Positions 10,456 through 18,360 of a DNA stretch of 64,000 nt are shown here, in pieces. The DNA is from a bacterium (GTDB taxonomy: Bacteria; Patescibacteriota; Gracilibacteria; UBA4473): the NCBI GenBank assembly GCA_018648585.1, contig JABGQW010000025.1, positions 3,736 through 67,735 on the forward strand, written 5' to 3'. Position 1 is the first letter of the stretch. Every line of letters begins with the position of its first letter. A model generated the notes under the pieces. That model saw only the letters and a list, made by a program, of their open reading frames with translations. It ran no database searches and was not told the DNA's origin. A program made the translations under genes and the position numbers.

Positions 10456-11202
10456 ATGAGTTTTAATTGGGAAGAAAAATTTTCAAAAATTCCAGCCATT
10501 TCTGATCCCGGTGAATTAGAAATGACACCAGAATTAAAAATTAAAGAAGATTTATACAATAAAACTTCCACTCCTGGTACATTTTTTCGTTCAACATTTC
10601 TTCCAAAAAGCGAATTGAAAAACGCTCAAGCAAAAGAATACACCAAAGAAATTGCCGAACATCAAGTTAATTGGAACGAAGTAAAAGATGAAATGATAGA
10701 TTTTGTAAACGAAGGAAATCCAAACATTGGCTGGAAATTACACCTCAACATTTCTCCTGAAAATGTTGTCTTTGTTGACAAATATTTACGAGAAAAAGGA
10801 ATCTGTTTTAAATTTCTTCATGGAAGTGAACTTGAAGATGGATTTATTTTTACAATTTATGTAGGAAGTTTTCAAAAAACACAGGAAATTTCCAAAATAC
10901 TGACAAAAGATTTACAAAATTTTTTAGCACAACCCCACAAAACAAATCATTTAGAATTTTCCGCAGGAGTTGTTGGGCGTTTCCGCGGAGCGGAATACAA
11001 AAACAAAGATTTTTTATTTTCTTCGTACAGCCCGAGTGGTTTTTCGTGGCTAGAATATGACAAACGCAATTATTCTCTCAAAAAAACAACCAAAATCGCC
11101 AATGAACAAGCGCTTGCGAAACAAAAAAAAGAAAGTGAAATTCGAGCAATAAAAGAACTTCAATTTCAATATGGCGATTATTTTTTTCCAGAAGAAAATT
11201 AA
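10456..11202 (+). CDS. hypothetical protein
   Basis: 248-aa ORF with an ATG start. Contains GWKLHLNISPENV; no secure family assignment. Confidence 0.55.
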   Translation: MSFNWEEKFSKIPAISDPGELEMTPELKIKEDLYNKTSTPGTFFRSTFLPKSELKNAQAKEYTKEIAEHQVNWNEVKDEMIDFVNEGNPNIGWKLHLNISPENVVFVDKYLREKGICFKFLHGSELEDGFIFTIYVGSFQKTQEISKILTKDLQNFLAQPHKTNHLEFSAGVVGRFRGAEYKNKDFLFSSYSPSGFSWLEYDKRNYSLKKTTKIANEQALAKQKKESEIRAIKELQFQYGDYFFPEEN

Positions 11203-11585
11203 AAATCCTGAAAATCTCGACGACTTCTCTTGTCTTTTTTTGATTCTCGCCCATCACCGTACCGAAATTTTGTTTTCCGCGTGTCCCGTTTTTGAGTTGA
11301 AATTTCTTTCGTTTTTTCGGCAGCAATCTCGCCAAACGCTGGATTGAGATCTTCGAAACATCCATCCGCCATTTCTTCTTTTCCACGTTTTTCGAGAAAT
11401 CGCAGCACGCGATATTTTTTCGTTCCCACGGGAAACTCCACCTCGACCACATCTTCAAGTTTCAAATTTTTTGCTGGTTTGGATTTTACGCCGTTCACCA
11501 AAACTTTCCCCGCGCGGCAAAATTCTCCCGCCTGCGTGCGAGATTTGACCATCCACGTCGTCCAAATCCATTTATCGAGCCGCAT
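11199..11585 (-). CDS. S4-domain RNA-binding protein (Hsp15/HslR-like)
   Basis: MRLDKWIW..KSRTQAGEFCRAGKVLVNGVKSKPAKNLKLEDVVEV is a typical S4 alpha-L motif. Basic C-terminal tail. Confidence 0.7.
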   Translation of the reverse strand: MRLDKWIWTTWMVKSRTQAGEFCRAGKVLVNGVKSKPAKNLKLEDVVEVEFPVGTKKYRVLRFLEKRGKEEMADGCFEDLNPAFGEIAAEKTKEISTQKRDTRKTKFRYGDGRESKKDKRSRRDFQDF

Positions 11586-11588
11586 TTT

Positions 11589-12125
11589 TTACAGAGAAAT
11601 CCAATACCGACGCGTCATCCCCGCTCCGACGTGTTCAATTTCTTCGTCCGCACGCGGGACGATATTTTCGAGGATTCCACCACATTTTTCGATAATTTTT
11701 GCCGATGCAAAATTTTTGTCGTCACACGTAATCAGCACTTTCTTGAGCCCAATTTTTTTAATTTTTGCGAGCGCCAGTTCAAGCATTTTTGTTCCAAATC
11801 CCTCGCCCCGACGCGACGCACGAACCAAATATCCGATGTGTCCGCCGAGTTTTTCAAGATTCGGAGTGAGTCGATGCCGAAAATTAAGTTTTCCCAACCA
11901 CTCGTCACCGTCCACCAGCCACCACGTTGTCGCCGGAGCCCAGCCCGGAGGCAGGTTTTTTCCCTCGCGATAATCCTCAAGTTTTTGCACGTGCGCATCA
12001 AAATCTTCGGACGCAATAAATCGCTTTTCTCGAGAAGTGAAACGCGCTGCTGCAAAATCATGTGCTTCTTGTTGCGCCGCGAGAAAACTTTCTCGATATT
12101 TTGAGGACGGAAAAACCAGTTCCAT
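11589..12125 (-). CDS. GNAT family N-acetyltransferase
   Basis: GYLVRASRRGEGFGTKMLELALAKIKKIGLKKVLITCDDKNFAS (acetyl-CoA binding-type segment). Start moved in-frame to MELVF, which removes the overlap with valS. Confidence 0.75.
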   Translation of the reverse strand: MELVFPSSKYRESFLAAQQEAHDFAAARFTSREKRFIASEDFDAHVQKLEDYREGKNLPPGWAPATTWWLVDGDEWLGKLNFRHRLTPNLEKLGGHIGYLVRASRRGEGFGTKMLELALAKIKKIGLKKVLITCDDKNFASAKIIEKCGGILENIVPRADEEIEHVGAGMTRRYWISL

Positions 12126-12135
12126 TTTTATTTTT

Positions 12136-15100
12136 TTAAAGATTTGAAAGTTGTTCTCGGAGTTTTTGCAACTCGTTCGCATTTTTTTCGAGCTGCGATT
12201 TTGTTTCTGCGACGAGCGACGCGGGTGCTTTTTCGATGTAATTTTTATTTTTCAAACGAGATTCGAGCGCCACGATCGATTTTTCGAGTGTGGAAATTTC
12301 GGTCGTGAGCCGCGTTTTTTCCGCCGCCGCATCGAATGGAATCTCAACAAAAATCTCCATTCCCTCCGATAAAACCGTCACTGAGTGTTCTGGCTTTTGA
12401 GAAATTTTCTCCGCTACTTTCACCGTCGAACAACCTCCCAGCACGGCGATCAAATCACTCTGTGCTGCAATTTCGTCCGCTGATTTTCCCGCGGAAATGT
12501 GAATCGAAATTTTTTCACGCGGCGGCAATTTTTTCTCCGCGCGAACCTTTCGCAATTCCGTCACAATCATCTGTATTTGAGCGAAAAGTGCCACCGATTT
12601 TTTGTCTTGAAAATCTGGCGCCGGAAAACTTTTTTCGATGAGAAATTCGTCATCTTTTGCCAAATCTTGCCACAATTTTTCCGTGACAAACGGAACGAGT
12701 GGATGCGCAAGTTTGAGAATTTCAAGAAAAATTCCGTACAAAAACGCAGGATTTCTCGACACTTTCGAAGTTTCTACAAACCAGTTGCAAAACTCATCCC
12801 ACACGAAATGATAAATTTCATCGCCCGCAGCAGAAATTTCGTACTTTTTCAATTTTTGCGAAACATTTGCACAAACCTCGGAAAACCGGTGCAGTAGCCA
12901 TTTTTCCGATAAATTTTTCGGTGTCAACGACGGGATCACATTTTCGGATTCAGAAAGTTGAAACTGAACAAATCGTCCCGCGTTCCAGAGTTTGTTGACG
13001 AAATTTCGGTACCCAGAAACTTTGGATTTTCCCAGCGGAATCGGATTCCCCGGCGTCGCCCCGATCACGAGCGAGAGCCGCACCGCGTCCGCACCAACTT
13101 CGGAAATTACTTCGAGCGGATCAATTCCATTTCCCTTCGTTTTCGACATTTTTTGACCGTGTTCGTCGCACACCAATCCGTGCAAATACACCGTGTGAAA
13201 CGGACATTTCCCGGTCGCGTACCGACCGAACATCACCATTCGCAAAACCCAAAAAGTGAGAATATCGTGCCCGGTCTCCAAAACATCGTTCGGATAAAAT
13301 CGCTGAAAATCCGTGGCCGATTCGTCCGGCCAACCGAGCGTGGAAAACGGCCACAGCGCGGAACTAAACCACGTGTCGAGCGTATCTTCGTCCTGCGTGA
13401 GCGAAGAAATTTCGAGCGAAAAATGCTGCAGATTTTCGAGTTTTTTCCAGGTTTTGAAAAATTCTTGCAATTTTCCAATCGATCCGTCGCGATGAATTTT
13501 TTGCAAAATTCCCAAAAATCCACCGTGCGAAACCACGAGCGCGTTTTTTTCTTTTTTGAGTTTGGCAAAAACCGCGTGCGCACGCGCCTCCAATTGCTCA
13601 AGATTTTCTGCGTTTGAATCCAGTTCTCCCGCTTCGATTTTTCGAGCAATCGCGTCGTACGGAAAATTTTCTGACGCGCCAAAAGCTTCCGCCAAGTTCT
13701 TTCCTTCCACCGCTCCCAGTCCCCACTCCCGCAATTCTGGCCAGATTTCAATTTTTGGAGAAATACCAAGTTCTGTTCGCAAAATTTCCGCCGTTTCAAT
13801 CGCGCGCTCCAAATCGGAGCAGATAATTTTTTCGAAATTTTTGTACGCCAATTTTTTTGCAGCGTCCCTCGCCTGCGATTTTCCTTTTTCGGTCAAATAG
13901 ATTCCGGAATGCTGTCCCTGTACTTTTTTGGAAACATTCCACTCACTTTCTCCGTGTCGAAAAAATGAAATTTCATTTCCGCGAGGGTCTTGCAAAAACT
14001 CAAAATCCCTCGACTCACCGCGCCGCCACTCCCAATTTTTTCGGAATCGAACAAATTTTTCGGTGTCATCGGAGCGACTGAAATGAAACAGTGCCGCCGT
14101 GATATTTTTGTGTCCGATCACCAAAACTTCGCCCGTTTCATTTTGAAGTTTTGAAAAAACAGACTGCGCGCGATCTCTTATCTGATCAAGCGATTCATCT
14201 TTCAGTTCGTCAAAATTAATTTGAATCGGGCTGACGCGACGAAAATTTGCACCCGATTTTTGCGCCAACTCTGTGGAACAAAATTCATCGAGTTCCGGCC
14301 AGACCTCAATTTGCGTATTATTCGCAAAAAGCCCCGCAACCAGCTCTGCAGTTTCTTTTCCTCGTTTTAAATTCGAACAAATAATTTTCGAAATTTTACG
14401 ATCTTTGACCTGTTCAAAAATTTCCTCCGCCGTCCGGCGTCCCGATTCTGTGAGTGAAAAATCACCGCCGATCACATTTTCGACGTTCGCCTGACTTTCT
14501 CCGTGTCGCGCAAAAATGACGGATTTTTTTTCGGGCAGAAAAATTTTCCCCGCTTCGTCGTACCACACCGGAATCCGGTGTCCCCACCAAATCTGCCGCG
14601 AGATGCACCAGTCACGGAGATTGTCCGTCCACTGAAAATACGTTTTTTCAAATCGTTTCGGCACAATTTTTATGTTTCCGTCGCGCACCGCGTCCGCCGT
14701 CAATTTGCACAGCGTGGTTTTTTTACCAGAAAATTTGTCGACAAATTCTTTGTTGACGGAAATGAACCACTGCGGCGACAGCATCGGCTCGACCACCGTC
14801 CCGGATCGGTAACATTTTGGGACGCGATTTGCGTGCGGCCGTTTTTGGAAAAGAAGACTTTTTTCCACCATAATTTCTCCCGCTTTTTTGCGCGCGGCGG
14901 CGACAGACAAACCTTCGCACAGTCCCGCGATCGCCGTCATTTTTCCCTTGAAATCTATTTTTTGGATCAGTTCCAAATCGTATTTTTGCGCGAGCGCGAA
15001 ATCCTCCGAAGAATGCGACGCGGAAATTGTCATCGCGCCGGTGCCAAATTCGGGATCGATCACCTCGTCCGCCACCACCCAAAACTTTCGCGTTCCCGCG

Positions 15101-15924
15101 TACGTTTCGGCTTCAAATTTCATTCCCTCAAGTTTTTTTCCGGGAACAATCTCTGTAATTTCGAAATCTTTTCGCAGCTGCGTGTGCTCGTTGAAATATT
15201 TTTTTGTCACGACGCATTCACGCCCCGCGGCATTTTTTGCGCGCACGTACTCCGCCGTCGGATGCACCATCACCGGGCTGTCGGCACATTTTGTTTCTGC
15301 GCGCACGGTTCCGAGAATGAACGGCCCGCACCAAAATTCGTAAAAATCTTCCTCGTTGTCCTCCCACTCGACTTCGTCGTCCGCCAAAACCGACTGCGCG
15401 CCGACCGACCAGTTGATCATTCGGTGTCCGCGTGTGATCAGTCCGTCGTCGGCAAGTTTTTTGAAAATCCAATTCACAGAAAAATTCCGCTCGCGATCAA
15501 ACGTGTACGCCTCCCGCGACCAGTCAAGATGCGCGCCCATTTTTTTGATCTGGTGCACGATTCGGTCGTGTTTTTCTGTGGCAAATTTTCGACACTCGCC
15601 CAAAAATCCCTCGCGCGACATTTCCTCGCGAGATTTAATTTCCAAATATTTGAGCACAACATTTTCGGTCGCGATCGCTGCGTGGTCCGTCCCGGGAAGC
15701 CACAAAACTTCGTGTCCGGTCATTTTTTTGTACCGAATCAAAATATCCTCGACCGCCAGCATCGCGGCGTGCCCGAGATGAAGCTGCCCCGTCACGTTTG
15801 GCGGCGGGAGCGGAATTGTGTACGATTTTTTCGCGGAATTTTCGTCCGCGCGCATCACGCCCGCAGATTCCCAATTTTCGTAAATTTTATCCTCGGAACC
15901 GTTGTGATCGTAATTTTTTTCCAT
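12136..15924 (-). CDS. valS: valine--tRNA ligase carrying an internal ~375-aa double histidine-phosphatase insertion
   Basis: HIGH-type PPNVTGQLHLGHA, WWGHRIPVWY, DTLDTWFSSALWPFSTLGWP, KMSKS as KMSKTKGN, and a C-terminal coiled coil. The insert holds two RHGES...SHGG-type modules (see findings). Confidence 0.95.
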   Translation of the reverse strand: MEKNYDHNGSEDKIYENWESAGVMRADENSAKKSYTIPLPPPNVTGQLHLGHAAMLAVEDILIRYKKMTGHEVLWLPGTDHAAIATENVVLKYLEIKSREEMSREGFLGECRKFATEKHDRIVHQIKKMGAHLDWSREAYTFDRERNFSVNWIFKKLADDGLITRGHRMINWSVGAQSVLADDEVEWEDNEEDFYEFWCGPFILGTVRAETKCADSPVMVHPTAEYVRAKNAAGRECVVTKKYFNEHTQLRKDFEITEIVPGKKLEGMKFEAETYAGTRKFWVVADEVIDPEFGTGAMTISASHSSEDFALAQKYDLELIQKIDFKGKMTAIAGLCEGLSVAAARKKAGEIMVEKSLLFQKRPHANRVPKCYRSGTVVEPMLSPQWFISVNKEFVDKFSGKKTTLCKLTADAVRDGNIKIVPKRFEKTYFQWTDNLRDWCISRQIWWGHRIPVWYDEAGKIFLPEKKSVIFARHGESQANVENVIGGDFSLTESGRRTAEEIFEQVKDRKISKIICSNLKRGKETAELVAGLFANNTQIEVWPELDEFCSTELAQKSGANFRRVSPIQINFDELKDESLDQIRDRAQSVFSKLQNETGEVLVIGHKNITAALFHFSRSDDTEKFVRFRKNWEWRRGESRDFEFLQDPRGNEISFFRHGESEWNVSKKVQGQHSGIYLTEKGKSQARDAAKKLAYKNFEKIICSDLERAIETAEILRTELGISPKIEIWPELREWGLGAVEGKNLAEAFGASENFPYDAIARKIEAGELDSNAENLEQLEARAHAVFAKLKKEKNALVVSHGGFLGILQKIHRDGSIGKLQEFFKTWKKLENLQHFSLEISSLTQDEDTLDTWFSSALWPFSTLGWPDESATDFQRFYPNDVLETGHDILTFWVLRMVMFGRYATGKCPFHTVYLHGLVCDEHGQKMSKTKGNGIDPLEVISEVGADAVRLSLVIGATPGNPIPLGKSKVSGYRNFVNKLWNAGRFVQFQLSESENVIPSLTPKNLSEKWLLHRFSEVCANVSQKLKKYEISAAGDEIYHFVWDEFCNWFVETSKVSRNPAFLYGIFLEILKLAHPLVPFVTEKLWQDLAKDDEFLIEKSFPAPDFQDKKSVALFAQIQMIVTELRKVRAEKKLPPREKISIHISAGKSADEIAAQSDLIAVLGGCSTVKVAEKISQKPEHSVTVLSEGMEIFVEIPFDAAAEKTRLTTEISTLEKSIVALESRLKNKNYIEKAPASLVAETKSQLEKNANELQKLREQLSNL

Positions 15925-15981
15925 TGAAAATGTGGAGAAATCACGCCGAGTGTACCGATTTTTGCGGGTTTTTCAACGCAG

Positions 15982-16009
15982 AAAAAAAGCCGGAATTTCA
16001 CCGGCTTTT
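15982..16009 (-). terminator. intrinsic terminator hairpin (bidirectional A-run/T-run flanks)
   Basis: AAAAAGCCGG-aatttca-CCGGCTTTT immediately downstream of the 80-aa gene. Confidence 0.7.
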
Positions 16010-16015
16010 AAAAAG

Positions 16016-16258
16016 TTAATTTTCTTTTTGTTCCGCCGCCCCCCAGTACCACCGGGAGACTTCTTTTCCATCGTCGTCTTCTTCGACGATAAAAACTGGC
16101 GATCCGTGCCAGATGAATTTTAGCAACACTGCCAACAGCAGTGTTCCGAAAACTCCAACTAACCAATCCTGAAAAAATATTCTCAGGTAGCTTCCGGCCC
16201 AAATCAAAATTACTAAAATTGTCAAGCCCACTTTCGTGAGCTTTTCTTTTTTTTTCAT
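16016..16258 (-). CDS. small membrane protein (2 predicted TM)
   Basis: 80-aa ORF MKKKEKLTKVGLTILVILIWAG.. with a hydrophobic core and acidic tail. Preceded by the conserved leader and followed by a terminator. Confidence 0.6.
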   Translation of the reverse strand: MKKKEKLTKVGLTILVILIWAGSYLRIFFQDWLVGVFGTLLLAVLLKFIWHGSPVFIVEEDDDGKEVSRWYWGAAEQKEN

Positions 16259-16277
16259 ATTTTTAATTTTTTAATCG

Positions 16278-16346
16278 TGCAGAACAAAAAGAACATTTCA
16301 CCGGGGATTCCCGAGAAAAATAATTCTTCCGGTTCTCCACGCGGTT
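16278..16346 (-). promoter_or_regulatory. conserved ~70-nt 5' leader, copy A
   Basis: About 90% identical by eye to copies at 16761-16830 and 17141-17212. A promoter-like TTGACA-N17-CAAAAT lies on the minus strand (plus coordinates 16378-16383 and 16355-16360). Confidence 0.55.
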
Positions 16347-16390
16347 CTACGTCGATTTTGACAGATTTTTTAAAGTTTGTCAAAAAAGAA

Positions 16391-16416
16391 AAAAAGTCGG
16401 AATTTCACCGACTTTT
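16391..16416 (-). terminator. intrinsic terminator hairpin
   Basis: AAAAAGTCGG-aatttca-CCGACTTTT, a paralogous copy of the hairpin at 15982. Confidence 0.7.
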
Positions 16417-16439
16417 CAAAAATGACAATCTTTGTCATT

Positions 16440-16745
16440 TTACATCGTCTGTCGCACAAACCATTTCCTAGGAAAAACGTCTCGAGCGCCTGTCCAAAGA
16501 CAAAAACCAAAACGCCAGAAAATCCAAGGAAGAAAAATCAAGTCAAACACAAGAATCCAATGAAAAAACCACGGAATCGCTTCAAAAGTTTTCATCATTT
16601 GTGAAAAAATGTTTGACCAACCTGCATCGAACCAACTGGCTTCGAGAAACAGCACCGCCATTGTAAAAAGCCCCGCTCCCCACATGACAATCGCAGGCAA
16701 TTTTAAAAATAAAAAATGCCCCACTTTTTTAAATATCTTTTTCAT
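16440..16745 (-). CDS. small membrane protein (about 3 predicted TM)
   Basis: Start moved in-frame to the ATGAAAAAG shared with the two sister cassettes. Sequence begins MKKIFKKVGHFLFLKLPAIVMWGAGLF... Confidence 0.55.
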   Translation of the reverse strand: MKKIFKKVGHFLFLKLPAIVMWGAGLFTMAVLFLEASWFDAGWSNIFSQMMKTFEAIPWFFHWILVFDLIFLPWIFWRFGFCLWTGARDVFPRKWFVRQTM

Positions 16746-16760
16746 AGTTTTCATTTTTTG

Positions 16761-16830
16761 TGCGCAGAGCGAAAAGAACATTTCCCGGGGATCTCCGAGA
16801 AAAAAAATTCTTCCGGTTCTCCACACGGTT
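16761..16830 (-). promoter_or_regulatory. conserved ~70-nt 5' leader, copy B
   Basis: Same element as copy A. TTGACA at plus 16862-16867 and CAAAAC at 16839-16844, 17-nt spacer. Confidence 0.55.
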
Positions 16831-16872
16831 ATGAATCAGTTTTGTCAGGTTTTTAAAATTTTGTCAAAAAAG

Positions 16873-16900
16873 AAAAAAAGCCGGGATTTCACCGGCTTTT
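16873..16900 (-). terminator. intrinsic terminator hairpin
   Basis: AAAAAGCCGG-gatttca-CCGGCTTTT. Confidence 0.7.
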
Positions 16901-16930
16901 CAAAAATGGTTTTTCAACCATTCGCATTTT

Positions 16931-17128
16931 TCAGTTCCAGCGCAGAGAAAGTCTGACTACCAAAAATCCCAACGCTCCTTCCGTCAGAAATAAGGGCAAC
17001 ATTCCCAAGACTTCTGAAAAGTTTTTTGCGATGGAAAAATCAATGTAATTCGATCCCAACCACCACAACGACAACAACCCAATCACAATGATTTTGAGGA
17101 CAATCCCCAAAGAATCTCTCTTTTTCAT
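16931..17128 (-). CDS. small membrane protein (2 predicted TM)
   Basis: 65-aa ORF MKKRDSLGIVLKIIVIGLLSLWWLG..., with a leader upstream and a terminator downstream. Confidence 0.55.
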   Translation of the reverse strand: MKKRDSLGIVLKIIVIGLLSLWWLGSNYIDFSIAKNFSEVLGMLPLFLTEGALGFLVVRLSLRWN

Positions 17129-17140
17129 AATTTTAATTTA

Positions 17141-17212
17141 TGCGCGCAGAACAAAAAGAACATTTCACCGGGGATTCCCGAGAAAAAAATTCTTCCGGTT
17201 CTCCACACGGTT
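17141..17212 (-). promoter_or_regulatory. conserved ~70-nt 5' leader, copy C
   Basis: Same element. Promoter-like TTGACG (plus 17243-17248), N16, TAAAAA (17221-17226), placed right after the mscS stop. Confidence 0.55.
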
Positions 17213-17248
17213 GTGGTACCTTTTTAGCAAAAAGTAAAAAATCGTCAA

Positions 17249-18307
17249 TCAGTCTTTTTTGAGATACACCGTCTGCGTTGGAAACGCCATTTCAATTTTT
17301 TCTTTTTCAAACGCCGACAAAATCCCCAGATTGATTTCCTGCTGCGTTTCCATGTGATCGAATTTTTTTCCGGTGAGCACAAAATACACCACCACGAATC
17401 CCAGACTCGAATCATCAAACGTGTGAAAATGTGTACGACCAAATTCTGCCAACTCAACTTTTTCAACGACCGATTTTACAATTTCTGGAATATTTTTCAG
17501 TTTTTCAACCGGCGTGTCGTACGTCACTCCAAACTCAAAATCCACGCGACGACGTTTTAATTTTTTGAAATTTTGAACGCGGGATTCCGTCAGTTCTCGA
17601 TTCGAAATCACAAGTTCTTCTCCGCGGAGCGCAGAAATCCGCGTGGTTTTGAGCCCGATTTTTTTGACGGTTCCCTCGTGCGTCCCGACGACGATGTAGT
17701 CGCCAACTTCGAACGGTTTGTCGAAATAAATCGTAAAACTTGAAAATAAATCACCGAGAATATTTTGAGCAGCCAAAGCGATCGCGATACCTCCAATTCC
17801 GAGAGACGCCACGAGCGTCGAAACATCGAATCCGAGATTTGAAAAAACCAGCAACGCGCCAATCGCCCAAAGCAAAATCCGCACAATCATCTGAATTCCC
17901 TGGAGCGACGTTTTATTTTTTCCGAGGGCAGATGATCGCAACCAATAAAAAACAACAGCCTGTCCCAGCCGCAACGCTTCGTACGCCAGCACAACGAAAA
18001 AGACACCGTCGACAATTTTTTGGCTCGCGGGATCCACGTTCAACACAAGTTTTGTTGTGAGAAAAAACGCAAAAATCAGATAAAAAATCCCTGAAATCTG
18101 CGAGATTTTTTCAAAAATCGTGTCATCAAATTGCGTGTTTGTTCTTTCCGCCATTTTCCCAAATTTGCGCAGCAAAACTTTTCGAAAAAGCCTGACCGCA
18201 AGCAAAATAGCAAAAAACAACAACACCGCGATCACCAGCTCCGAGAGAGAATTTCCAAAAAAATTCATCTCAGGAATCCACGCCGTCAAGATTTCAAAAT
18301 TTTCCAT
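17249..18307 (-). CDS. mechanosensitive ion channel, MscS family
   Basis: N-terminal TM helices followed by the MscS beta-domain PFEVGDYIVVGTHEGTVKKIGLKTTRISALRGEELVISN. Confidence 0.88.
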   Translation of the reverse strand: MENFEILTAWIPEMNFFGNSLSELVIAVLLFFAILLAVRLFRKVLLRKFGKMAERTNTQFDDTIFEKISQISGIFYLIFAFFLTTKLVLNVDPASQKIVDGVFFVVLAYEALRLGQAVVFYWLRSSALGKNKTSLQGIQMIVRILLWAIGALLVFSNLGFDVSTLVASLGIGGIAIALAAQNILGDLFSSFTIYFDKPFEVGDYIVVGTHEGTVKKIGLKTTRISALRGEELVISNRELTESRVQNFKKLKRRRVDFEFGVTYDTPVEKLKNIPEIVKSVVEKVELAEFGRTHFHTFDDSSLGFVVVYFVLTGKKFDHMETQQEINLGILSAFEKEKIEMAFPTQTVYLKKD

Positions 18308-18360
18308 TTTTGTGTGAAAAGAGTATTATTTTCATCCTGAATTGTAATGAACTAAAAAAA

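Noticed and set aside
13402-14526. The ValRS insertion as an intein or as two separate genes fused by a sequencing frameshift
   Set aside because: There are no intein boundary residues or blocks (no Cys/Ser-...-HN-Cys/Ser/Thr junctions). The insert has clear RHG phosphatase motifs. The frame is continuous, with canonical ValRS motifs on both sides in the same frame. Misassembly still needs read-level checking.
14503-15927. 474-aa plus-strand ORF antisense to valS. Similar long antisense ORFs occur at 78-890, 25015-25974, 31487-32332, 37401-38192, 52088-52561 and elsewhere.
   Set aside because: These are shadow ORFs lying fully inside strongly supported genes on the other strand. Their translations are low-complexity (R/F/S/K-rich) with no motifs. 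They arise from the compositional bias that depletes stop codons in antisense frames.
16278-17212. Assigning the conserved leaders to a known riboswitch class often linked to small membrane proteins (fluoride/crcB, guanidine-II/mini-ykkC, guanidine-III)
   Set aside because: No ACGR tetraloop hairpin pair and no crcB-type GGCGAUG...CCUAC-like core were seen by eye. The class is therefore left open.
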